Positions 47,682 through 58,779 of a DNA stretch of 64,000 nt are shown here, piece by piece. Where the stretch lies: NCBI RefSeq assembly GCF_009834535.1, contig NC_045701.1, positions 73,036,001-73,100,000 on the forward strand, given 5' to 3'. The DNA is from Camelus ferus. Its lineage: Eukaryota. A program made the position numbers and the translations under genes. Position 1 is the stretch's first letter; the number at the start of each line of letters is the position of its first letter. The notes under the pieces were generated by a model, which had not been told where the DNA came from, did not search any database, and saw only the letters and a program-made list of their open reading frames with translations.

Positions 47682-48026
47682 CGCTAAATGTCATTGCCCT
47701 CTTGTTCTGCCCTCCTCTCAGCCTGGGGAAGGGCCTGTGCTGTTTCTGATGGGGTCATCCCCCAGGATAGCCTTTCCTCCTTAGCCCCCGTGGGATCACT
47801 TCCTGTAAGTGCATGGTGGCGGATTTATGGTGCAGTGTGGGACATCTGGGGAGGGGGCTGGTGGTGAAAAGACCCAGCACCTCTTCACATTGGGCGAAAG
47901 GGTTGTGGGGTGTGGTGAGGTTATGGATAACCGAGGGGACTGTGGATGCTTTGATTCAAGAAGCTGCTTTCTGGTCTGGAGCAGGTGAAACTGACAGTAC
48001 AGAAAAAGGTCAAAATAGGGTTTGGC
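47682..48026 (+). repeat. Copy A of a ~345-bp local direct duplication (no repeat family recognised)
   Basis: Aligns by eye end-to-end with 50782-51131 at roughly 85-90% identity with four small indels. Confidence 0.95.
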
Positions 48027-49189
48027 AACACATTACAGTGAATGGAAAGAATGTTGAACTGAGAATTATGTAAAGTCAGAAGCTGTGAAGAGTCTGAGAC
48101 TACAGTCTACTTGTAAACCAAGAAGTTAGTGTGCCACAGTTATATATGTGTGTGTAATTCTATACACATATGTGATAAATATGTGTATTTGTGTGTATAT
48201 ACATATATAGTATATATACACAAGTGAATATATACACACACCTATGTGTATAAACACACAGTATTGTCAGTAGGTACACTGACAGAAGACGCAAGATCTG
48301 GGTTAGAAACTAAAAATATTGGTTGCTTATGGCAAAAGCAGCAACAAGAGCAGCCTCTCGCCTCATTTCTCTGAGTCCACTTTCCGCAGGGTATTCCGGG
48401 TTGGGTGGGGGGGAGATGAAGCCTGCACGTGCAGTGAGGTGTGTCAAGGAGAGGATCCCCTCCCCTGTTAGGAAACTAGTGCTCTCCAGGAGCGCTGGTG
48501 ACCTGCTCCTGGAGAGACAGAGAACTGCACTCTGGAATGTAAGCCAGTCTTCTTGAAGGTGGAGAGAGACCTTGCTCTCCTGGGATGGCTCTGGGGAGGG
48601 AGGTGTTCTCTGTCTTTGTTTACTGGTGAAACCTATCTGCCTCTAGACCTGGAGAGAGACACTCTCTTAGCTTCCAAGGATGTTTTACTACACAAACACT
48701 CTTGAAAAGATTGTTCTGGTACCCTTTGTCCAGTCCATGCAGAAAAGTGAGAAATTCATGGAGAATTGACTCCTTAGGAAGACCCTCAGGTACAAAATGA
48801 GGGGCTTAGACAGCTTTAGAGCCATGGAAAATGTAGGCTGTGTGCACCACCACCAGCTAAATCTCTGCCCAGACGGCCATCACTAGTCAGTTGTGGTTTT
48901 CTGGCGCCCCGCCCCCAGCAGTCTCTGCTGTGCTGATTGTTTCCTGCCTGACTCGAGCTGTGTAAACCTGTATTCTTCACATTTCCTCCTTTGTTCCATT
49001 TTCCTCCTTTTGTGAATCTGTGTATGTATTCCTCTCTCTATATATAAAGGGAGAGGAGAACATATCTTTTGAGGTTATATGTGGTCTGAGATTTTCATAT
49101 GAGGCAAGTTCCTAATCCTACCAAACAACATTCATAGTTTAATCTTTTTTTTTTTCTGGCTGTCATACTTTTCCTTATTACTGGAAATA

Positions 49190-50049
49190 TTATTAGTTTT
49201 TAAATTGAGGTATAGTTTATTTACAATATTATGTAAGTTTCAGGTACACAACATAGTTATTCACAATTTTTAAGGGTTATACTCCATTTATAGTTATTAT
49301 AAAGTATTTATTATCTTCCCTATGCTGTACAACATATCCTTGTAGCTTATTTATTTTGTATATAGTAGTATGTACCTCTTAGTCCCCTACCTCTGTCTTG
49401 TCCCTCCCCGCTTCCTTCTCCCCACTGGTAACCACTAGTCTGTTCTCTGTCTGTGAATCTGTTTCTTTTTTGTTATATACTACTAGTTTGTTTATTTTTT
49501 AGATTCCACATATAAATGATATCATACAGTATTTTTCTTTCTCCATCTGACTTATTTCACTTAGCATAATACCCCCAAGTTCATCCATGTTNNNNNNNNN
49601 NNNNNNNNNNNNNNNNNNNNNNNNNNNNNNNNNNNNNNNNNNNNNNNNNNNNNNNNNNNNNNNNNNNNNNNNNNNNNNNNNNNNNNNNNNNNNNNNNNNN
49701 NNNNNNNNNNNNNNNNNNNNNNNNNNNNNNNNNNNNNNNNNNNNNNNNGGCTATTGTAAATAAGGCTGCTGTGAACCTTAGGGTGCATTATCTTTTCAAA
49801 TTAATATTTTCATTTGCTTTGGATATACATCCANNNNNNNNNNNNNNNNNNNNNNNNNNNNNNNNNNNNNNNNNNNNNNNNNNNNNNNNNNNNNNNNNNN
49901 NNNNNNNNNNNNNNNNNNNNNNNNNNNNNNNNNNNNNNNNNNNNNNNNNNNNNNNNNNNNNNNNNNNNNNNNNNNNNNNNNNNNNNNNNNNNNNNNNNNN
50001 NNNNNNNNNNNNNNNNNNNNNNNNNNNNNNNNNNNNNNNNNNNTTATCC
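49190..50049 (-). mobile_element. L1 3' end (artiodactyl-type, partly masked)
   Basis: ttttaaattgaggtatagtttatttacaatatt...ccactggtaaccactag...ttagattccacatataa...ggctattgtaaataaggctgc. Confidence 0.9.
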
Positions 50050-50559
50050 TTAATCCATAAGAATTTAAGCTATTAATATGGAGATGCTTCTCTTCCAAAC
50101 AGGGATTACAAGAAGAATGATTGTCCACTGTAACATCTTCTTCTCATCATTGGCTATGAAGCAAGTCCCCAGATTCCACTAGAGTGCTGTGTTGGAACCC
50201 TCTGACTACACAGAAAACCCTAAAGGAAGTATGGCACAGGGGAATGTGTACCTGGAGAAGGGAATCCTGCATCAGAGTAGATGCAGCCTTAGACTTCTTC
50301 CAGCTTTGAAATTGGGCCAGTGATGCTCCCTGGCCCTTTGGAAGATGCCCCCTTTCCCTTTTAGTCAATTTGGACTCTACTCTCAGCATAGGCAGTCTCC
50401 CCCCTCTCATGTCCTATGCTTCAACTTCTCCATTTATTCAGTGGATAGATGTAGAGGTATGTGGCTAATGCACTAGAGTTTCTGCTGCAGACCTGGTTAC
50501 ATCTTATTGTTGCTGAAATGAAAGGTATCACAAGAATAATTGGAAAAGTATATGAACTT

Positions 50560-50770
50560 TGAGCAGGGCATCAAAAGATAGGGGATGCTGATTGGCTATG
50601 TGACCTTGGACTGGTTGCCTAACCTCTTTGTGCCTCGAGTATCCTTTCTTGAAAATGAAGAAGATAATGCCTTCTTGGCTGTCTATCTCATGGGGATATT
50701 GGCTGAGCAAATGAGTTCATGTTCAGTGTATGAGGTGCTCAAAGGAAAGATGCTGGTTGAATGTAAAGTT
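50560..50770 (+). mobile_element. MIR SINE
   Basis: ggctatgtgaccttggactggttgcctaacctctttgtgcctc...tgaaaatgaagaagataatg. Confidence 0.8.
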
Positions 50771-50781
50771 TGCTTTCGCCT

Positions 50782-51131
50782 CGCTAAAAATGTCATCACC
50801 CTCTTGTTCTATGCCTCATCTCAGCCTGGGGAAGGGCCTCTGCTGTTTTTGATGGGGTCATCCCCCAGGATAGCCTTTCCTCCCTAGCCCTCATGGGATC
50901 ACTTCCTGTAAGTGCCTGGTGGAGGATTTATGGTGCAGTGTGGGGTCTGGGGAGGGGGCTGGTGGTGAAAAGAGCCAGCACCTCTTCACACTGTTACTGG
51001 GCGACAGGGTTGTGGGGTGTGTTGAGGCTATGGGTAACTGAGGGGACTGTGGATGCTTTGACTCAAGCAGCTAATTTTTGGTCTGGAGCAGGTAGTACTG
51101 AGGGTCCAGAAAGTGTCAAAATAGGGCTGGC
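50782..51131 (+). repeat. Copy B of the ~345-bp local direct duplication
   Basis: See 47682-48026; long shared blocks such as gatggggtcatcccccaggatagcctttcctcc and gggatcacttcctgtaagtgc. Confidence 0.95.
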
Positions 51132-52389
51132 TATGTACCCAAATCAGGTATAATGAAAGGGCCATGGATTGGACTTGAGATTCTGTCCCTCTTGGGTCAC
51201 CAATCAGTTGGTATGTGACTCATGCATTGAGAATATGCCTGGTGATCTGTGCTGTTGGGGTTTTTTTCTTTTTGCATCCTGTGGACATCTGAAGATAAAC
51301 CAGAAGTTTACCAGTGGACTAGCTAGCCAGCCTGCCTGCTCTTTTTCTTCCTAACTCCTTTCCTGCCCTTCCCCCACCAAATATTTACTTATACTCAATT
51401 GTACCTGAAGATAAACATCTCTGAAATCAGGCCTGTTGGCGTATGTCTAAACGTGCTTTAACCAAGAGACAGTCACAGAAACATTTTTAAATATCCACAA
51501 ACTAGCACGTGGATTATCAAATCCTCACCACAAGGTTCAGATCGGGATTCTGACACTCATGTTTTAGGACACTCTAGTGTCGATCAGCTTTTTTGGTACA
51601 GCTCTCACGAATCTCATGTGTGTGCACGTGGGTATGTAGCTATGTGAGATGCTTTGTTAATTAACATTACAAGGCTAAGCACTCGATGAAGAGGTGCTGG
51701 AGAAGTGTAGTGATCATTACAGAACTGTATAGAAACACTATCAGTAAAAGCTTTGTTGAAAGATGTAGATCTTTTTGCAGAGCCATGTTGCCAGTCAAGC
51801 CTACTCCAGACGCAGGGGTTTTGCTCTGCATGTCCCAGTGGCCACATGGATGTTCCTTTATTGTCTCCTCTTAGTGCAGAAAGGCTCTTGCAGAGATGCT
51901 TTGGATGAATAATTCTGTGGCCGTGGCCAATATGCAGCTCATTCACATGGCTGTTCACTCAGACTCTAGTCCTAGTTCGCATTCAGGTAATTCTGGTAAT
52001 GGGACGTTTGCCTCTCCCCTGGGGGACCATTTCCAGCATCTAGCCATCCATCCACTTAGTCAGAGAACTGAGCGCTGATTTAAGGAGGGAAAGATGTATT
52101 TGTAGAGCTGTGGGGAAAGAGAAATATGGATATGACACACTGACCTGTTTTAAGAATGCAGGGTGGCTTCAAGGCTTTTGAATTTGTTTCTCCCAGCTGT
52201 CAGGGATAGCTGTGAGCTGTGACAACTGCTGAGGCCCAGATTCTAAGGGTTTTTTTTTTCCACCTCAAAAAATTTGATTAGCAAATCAGAGTAATTGAAG
52301 TGCACATTTCTAGGCCACTTCCTAAATAAAATCTGTACGTGTGTGAGACCTGATCTAAGATCCATTTTTCTTCTGTCGAGCAGGCAGTG

Positions 52390-52570
52390 CTGTGGGGCTG
52401 GAGAGGACTGGTTCCCAGCGTCAGCTTTACACTTAACAGTTGTGTGATCTTTAAATTTCCTTCTAATAAAATGAGGAGAGTGATACTTTCCCCACGGGCT
52501 TGCGTGGGAGATAAATGAGATAAAGCCCCAAGCACCATGCCTGTTGCATGGTGCTCAGCAAATGGTCATT
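52390..52570 (+). mobile_element. MIR SINE
   Basis: aaatgagataaagcccca agcaccatgcctg...gtgctcagcaaatggt. Confidence 0.65.
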
Positions 52571-52713
52571 TCTCTTTCTAGGAAGGAGGCTCAGCTTCCT
52601 GGTTCTCTGTAAAGCCTTCCCTGAATTCCCACTGGTCCCTTTGGATACCTCAATGATCCATGGACACCCTCCAGATGGGCGAGATACTATCAGTCTTCAA
52701 AATAGTCACCCTC

Positions 52714-52831
52714 AGAGGAGAGGGTATAGCTCAGTGGTAGAGTGTATGCTTATCATGCACGGGGTCTGAGGTTCAATCCCCAGTACCTCCATTAAAAAAA
52801 CCCTAATTACCTCCCCTCAGCATTAAAAAAA
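52714..52831 (+). mobile_element. tRNA-derived SINE (camelid Vic-type) with perfect 15-bp TSD
   Basis: A box TAGCTCAGTGG (52727-52737), B box GGTTCAATCCC (52770-52780), ccctaattacctcccc tail and poly(A); TSD AAAATAGTCACCCTC at 52699-52713 and 52832-52846. Confidence 0.93.
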
Positions 52832-53659
52832 AAAATAGTCACCCTCCCTCCTTTCTCTTGTAGAGACTGGGCACATACAGAGAAGCAGAAAAACAGATTT
52901 CCCCGGGTGGCTGTCACCAGGTGCCACATCAGTCTGTGTTTGCGGGTTTGCTTTGAAAAGCAGATGGGAGATTTGTCCACTTTTTAACATTCAGAACATT
53001 GAAGTTCAACACATGAGACAGGAGTAGTAATTGTACTATAAATTGACACAAACTGCAATGAGAAAAAACCTTCTGTACTTCTGCTGCCTCAGACTGCACA
53101 TCAGGATGTGCTAATTAAGGCATCTGTCTCTCTCCAGCTTCCACTATCAGATATCTTAATTTATTTACTTATTAAAGCATAAGAGAAAAATTTGTGCTTT
53201 GTTGTTTTCCCCCTTTATTTTACCTTCATCACTTCACATTAGTGATCTTAGCAAAACGAATAAATAAAATGACTGTAATTAAATATAGTTCCTATTTGGC
53301 AGGGCGCTTTCCTCCCCTCAGATTGGCAGTTCTTCTAATGACAATGACCTTGTAATTGAAAGCATAGCCTAGGGATGCTTGTTCTTTGTTAAGAACTGCC
53401 TTGAACGCACGCAGTTTGAGCAATGACAATAACAAGGGTGGGCATCGGTGGCAGCTGAGCCAAGCTTTCCCCGCAGGTGGGGAGCAGGATGCTTTTCCCA
53501 GGGTGAAGTCTCATGGCCCCAGAATGTATCATGTGTCATGAATCTTCTCCTTTCAGTAATCACCTGGAGTCAACACATTGCTTCTCTTCCAAATGGTACT
53601 GCGAGTCCCAGCCTACCCATCCAGAATTTGGCGTTGATTTGAATCCTCTCTGATAGTCA

Positions 53660-53740
53660 TTCACTTATTAATTCATTCAACAAATTAGTAGAATGAATGA
53701 ATGAAGGCTCTGGGAGATATAGCAGTGAACTAGATAGAAG
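53660..53740 (-). mobile_element. L2 LINE 3' end fragment
   Basis: cattcacttattaattcattcaacaaat...ctgggagatatagcagtgaac. Confidence 0.55.
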
Positions 53741-55729
53741 CTGAGATGAGCCTGGATGGGATGAGTGTCATGGGGGTCACCGGTCAGATTGGAGGGTTTG
53801 TTTGGAGAGAAAGTGGGGAATAAAGTTGGATGCATAAAGTCCCAAACTGCAGGTATGTTTCTCTCTCTCTCTCTACCTGCCCATTTCTCCTGTTTCAGAG
53901 TAATTGGAGGCTTATTTTTTATTCCCATCTTGGGATAAGGTCAGTTGATTGAATAAAGGGTAGAGTGTAAAAAGGCCTTGGCTTTGAATACATTTGACCT
54001 CAGGGACCGTATGACTGGAAACCAGGTATCTTCCTTTTCTTCCACCCTTGAACAACATGCATTTGCCCCTAGAACTCTATCCCGAAGGTGGTTCTGTACT
54101 GTCCTCCCTCTCTATCCACTCCATCTGCCTCCCAACAGTTGGTTTGAACATGATTTTTAAAAACTCACTTTTTTAAGCTGTCCCACTGAAGGGCCAATGG
54201 ACACCATTTCCATTCTAGGGGCCCCTTATTATTTTGATTTAAGTCTGTCGAAGTGGTTCCATAGGAATTTAAGAATAATCTAGCGATGTTCTTCACCTCA
54301 GTGGTAGAAGTGGAGTTGGTCTGGTGCCTCAGACCTACAAGCCGCTTTTCTGAAGCCTTGAAGAAGTGTTCCTGTGGCCTACCTCACCCTCCTGGGTGAA
54401 GGATGGTCTAAGTATGGAAGAACCACAGGCTTCTACTGGAATTCTCTGTCCTGTTCTTTTTTTTTTTTTTTTTTTGAGTAACAACAAACACATATACATG
54501 TACAATGATTATTATGACTCATGTCTGTCACACTAAATTAATTTTTTCTTTTCTGCCGTGATAGTGGACACACAGTATGTACTCAGTGTGCTCCATATCA
54601 ATTATATTAAAGGCATGGATGCACATCAGATGCAACACAGAGGAGAGGTGCCTCGTTTCTGTCTTATGGAAATGAGAGACAGACCAACGGCGGGGGAGGG
54701 TCACAGGATTCTCTTCCTTCTTAATAATCATTGTGGCCACTAGAGAGGTTCTTCTAGACACACCAGGTACTCAGCAAATTTTTTGCTCAGAACTGAAGGA
54801 TATTTGCCTCCCCCAGCCAGCCTTTACACATTAGTGTGTATGGATCATTATGCAAAACAGAGATGTTCAGTATTGCCCCTTTCTAGAATATTCCTTGACC
54901 TTTATCCATGGAGATTGACTATTACATTCCCACTCTTTTTATGATGCCTATTTATATGTTTATTTATTTTATTATTATTATTTTTATTTGAAAAGGAGAA
55001 TCTTTGATGAAGTACAACTTGTGACCAGGAGGCAGGCAAAGATGATAGGATGATTGAAAGGGGAAATTAAGGGACGTCTTAGACTCGTTGAACCTTAGGA
55101 TTCAGAGGTCGTTGATCTGTATCTACTGAAGGGATTCTCTGAAGACTTAAACTAGACAGTCTGATTTAATCTTTCTCTCTCAAAGGCCAAACATTAATTA
55201 TGTTTTTGTCCTTAATACTTGAAAAATTAAAATTATGTGAGAAAAAAGCAAAACTTATAAAAGCAATTTATATATATTGTAAAAATATTCAGACGTTTAC
55301 AGAAGAAACAGAAAAATAAAATGATCTCCCCTACAGCCGAATCTCTAGTGGTAAAATTTTAAAATGTTCTGTTCTACCACCAGGATTCTAATATATTTCT
55401 TGATGTGTGAAATGTAGACTGTAGCTTTTGGCCCCTTGCCAGAGGGATTTAGAGCTACATCTCTAAATGGTACCTTCCATTCATCACTCCTTCTCCAGAA
55501 TTCTGTCAGTCATACTATTACTTTCCCATTATCAAGATATAGTAATATTCATATCTATTCTCTAAATATAATTAGGTTTCCCTTGCCTTGCTGTTGATTC
55601 TAAAAAGTTCGTTTGGATTGAGTGCCTATTTTGTGTCAGGCATAGGCCTATGTGCATATATGTACAAGTGTTCACAGTATTGTTTGGAAGACAGTTGAGT
55701 AAGTTTGAGGTTGGAAGAGATACAAAATG

Positions 55730-56136
55730 CATATCTCAATTCTGTTTCTAAGAATTGATTTAAATGAAAAATCAAATGAAAAGATTGACATTCAAGGATG
55801 TCATCATAGTATTATTTAGGGAAAAAAGTACCCTGGAAATTTAAATGCCTAAAGATTGGTCAACATTAAATAAATTATGGAACCCACATGTAATGGAATC
55901 ACAATCATTAAAAATCAAATGTTTGAGAAATATTAAATGACATGATGAAATGATCATGTTCTAATTTAATGGAAAAAAGAAAAACATGATATAAAACCAA
56001 ATCTATAGCTTATCTCAAGAAAATGATAGATATGGGAAGGAAGGATCACCAAGTGATAGTGATTTAAAGTTTCTCTTTTTTTAAACCTACTTTCTGGTAT
56101 TGTCTGAATTTTCTACAATGAGCAACTATTGTCTTT
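55730..56136 (+). mobile_element. Ancient L1ME 3' UTR
   Basis: caaggatgtcatcatagtatt...tttaaatgcctaaagattgg...taaataaattatgg...ttttctacaatgagca. Confidence 0.65.
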
Positions 56137-56747
56137 TTGTTTTATTTAATTTTATTGAGTTATAGTCAGTTTAAAAGGTTGTGTCAATTTCTGGTGTACA
56201 GCACAATTTTTTAGTCATACATGAATATACACATATTCTTTTTCATCATGAGCTACTATAAGACCTTGTATATATTTCCCTGTGCTATATAGTATAAACT
56301 TGTTTATCTATTCTATATATACCTGTCAGGATCTACAAATCTCGAACTCCCAGTCTGTCCCTTCCTACCCCCACCTCCACCCCTGGCAACCACAAGTTTG
56401 TATTCTATGTCTATGAGTCTGTTTCTGTTTTGCATTTATGTTTTGTTTTGTTTTAGATTCCACATATGAGCAATCTCATATGGTATTTTTCTTTCTCTTT
56501 CTGGCTTACTTCACTTAGAATGACATTCTCCAGGGACATCCATGTTGCTGCAAATGGCGTTATGTTGTTGTTTTTTATGGCTGAATAGTATTCCATTGTA
56601 TAAATATAACACATCTTTATCCAGTGATCTGTTGATGGACATTTAGGCTGTTTCCATGTCTTGGCTATTGTAAATAGTTCTGCTGTGAACACTGGGGTGC
56701 AGGTGTCTTTTTGAAGTAGGGTTCTTTCTGGATATATGCCCAGGAGT
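56137..56747 (-). mobile_element. Short camelid-type L1 3' end with 15-bp TSD
   Basis: TSD GCAACTATTGTCTTT (56122-56136) / GCAACTGTTGTCTTT (56748-56762); encodes the ORF2 C-terminus LLGIYP...KTWKQPKCPS...LSEVSQ...CGI. Confidence 0.95.
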
Positions 56748-56859
56748 GCAACTGTTGTCTTTATACTACAAAAAATCCACCCTATTATCTTCACAGAAAT
56801 AAAAAGCAACTGCAGAGTCACTGCCCTCAAGGATCTGATTCTTAATCTGGTGGAGGAGA

Positions 56860-57200
56860 CATTTAAACAAGTCATCATAGTGTCAGATGGAACAAAATCA
56901 GTGCCCCAGAGTCTGTACAGTTTTGATGTGGTCTGGGCCTCAGAAAAGACTCTACAGGCAGCATGCGAGCTGTGCCATGAAGGCCCAGGAGGATTTCTGC
57001 AGGCAGCAGAGAGCATTTCTGGGCATGAAGGTGTGGAAGGGAATGGAAAGAGGTGAGCTGCCTGAAGTTTATGAAATAGAGTGTGGATTGAAAGATATAG
57101 AAAGGAACCAGGCTGACGAAGTGGCTTAATGGCTTGTGGAGGATCTGGACACTCTGCTGAGGAATTAGAATTTAATTTGAAAGCAACAGGGAAGAAGTTT
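56860..57200 (-). mobile_element. L2 LINE fragment
   Basis: gaaggcccaggaggatttctgcagg...tttaatttgaaagcaacagggaagaagtttttaa. Confidence 0.5.
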
Positions 57201-57229
57201 TTAAAGGGGAAGTAGACTTGCCCCATAAC

Positions 57230-57390
57230 ATAAAGATGCAGTCTTTGGAATCAGACCGACATGGAGTCAAAATCTCAGCTCTGCCAATGTCAAGGGGCAA
57301 GTCACTTATCCTTTCTCATCGTCTATTTCCACCTATTACTCAGGGGTAGTGATATCAGCTTTATAGTGTGGATGTGAGGATTAAACAAGT
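57230..57390 (+). mobile_element. MIR SINE
   Basis: ctttggaatcagaccgacatggagtcaaaatctcagctctgcca...gtgaggattaaa. Confidence 0.8.
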
Positions 57391-58193
57391 TAATATAGGG
57401 TTTCTTAAACATGAATGATGAGTAGATCTTTTTTAAAGGTAAAAAATCTTGGCACTGCCCTACCTCTAATTCATGTTAAATTATTTTTATGATAATGTTA
57501 GTTGAATATTTATAAAAATTAAATGTTATACATTTCTTAAGTATCATAGTCTGCTACTGGTATAAAACCAAAACAAGTTTATACATTACAAATAACAATA
57601 CAAAACAGCACATTTAAACTAAGCAGTATTACTTTAATATGACCAGTTTGTAGTCTCTATGAAAACAAATCTTCGTGAATAATGTGAATATACTACTATC
57701 TGCTACAGTCCAGATCATTTAAAGTTTGGCCTTTCCCATACTCTCTGTGCTGTGTGTTCAATTCTCCCTCAGCTTTTTTCCCATTCCAATTCCCAGGAAA
57801 TACTGTTTGTAGAGTGCACAGTGGTATTTGGCCTTTGCTTAGCATGAACATATCTTCTATGTATTGAGTCCACTTCTGTTCTTTCCTCACTGGACTGTGA
57901 TTATTCATATCCTACTATTGGCACCAGTGTAGTTGTAGACACATATGCAAGTAAGAGCATGGGAAATTGCATAGTAGTACTCAATTAGGAGGTGGTTGTC
58001 TAGATGATTTTAAATATCATCATCAGTATGAAAATTTAGACCATATGCACACACATATACACACACAGACTGTTCTCACACCTCCTGTGGTTCTACACCT
58101 CCTCTTTGTAAGAATATATATGTGTATACCTCATAGAAGTCCTATTATTATTGTTAATTGTTTTATTATGGTCACAATTTTTATCAGGCAAGC

Positions 58194-58758
58194 ATATCAG
58201 CTGGCTATTGCTGTGTAACAAACCACCCTAAAACTCAGTGGTTTAAAACTACCAGCCATTTATTGACTCTGTGAGTCTTGAGTTGACTGGACAGATTTGC
58301 TTATCTGGTCTAGGGGCCACAATGGCTCACTCATGCATCTGTCATCAGCTGCAGGTAGGCTACTTGGCTTTGCTGATCTTGGCTGGCCTCTCTCATATCT
58401 TTGGAGCCTTAGCTGAGAGGGCTCTGTTTTGCTCTAAGTGCTCTCTCATCCTCTAGTAAGTTAGCCCAGGCTTGGATTTAGTGTAGCCTGGACACATTCT
58501 TATGGTAACCAGATAAGCATGTAAAAGAGTGGACACGTGGAAGGTCTCTTGAGGCCTGGGCTTGGAGCTGGCACATCATCACCTTTGCCACATTCTGTTC
58601 ACTGAAGCAAGCCACAAGGCTCACCCAGATTCAGGGCTCGGGAAATAGACTCTACAGCCTATTTCTAGGTGAGAAGATCTACAAACTCACAATTCATAGG
58701 ATGTGGTTACAGGTAGATGTGAAGAACTGAAGCCGTTTTTGCAATCAATCTACACCAG
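58194..58758 (-). mobile_element. MLT1F/G-like solo LTR
   Basis: gctattgctgtgtaacaaaccaccctaaaactcagtggtttaaaac...ggcacatcatcacctttgccacattct...ttgcaatcaatctacacca. Confidence 0.85.
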
Positions 58759-58779
58759 TAGATGTGAAGTTGGGGTATG

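Noticed and set aside
47682-51131. LTR retrotransposon (two LTRs flanking a 2.75-kb internal region)
   Set aside because: No shared TG...CA termini, TSD, primer-binding site or gag/pol remnants; the spacer is MIR, L1 and unique sequence. Not fully excluded without a database search.
52714-52790. tRNA gene (A and B boxes, cloverleaf-like)
   Set aside because: It has a SINE-specific tail, poly(A) and a 15-bp TSD, and the anticodon arm is degenerate. It is a retroposed SINE.
56453-57226. 257-aa ORF on the - strand
   Set aside because: Chance read-through: only the last ~100 aa are L1 ORF2 C-terminus and the rest is antisense L2 or unique sequence.
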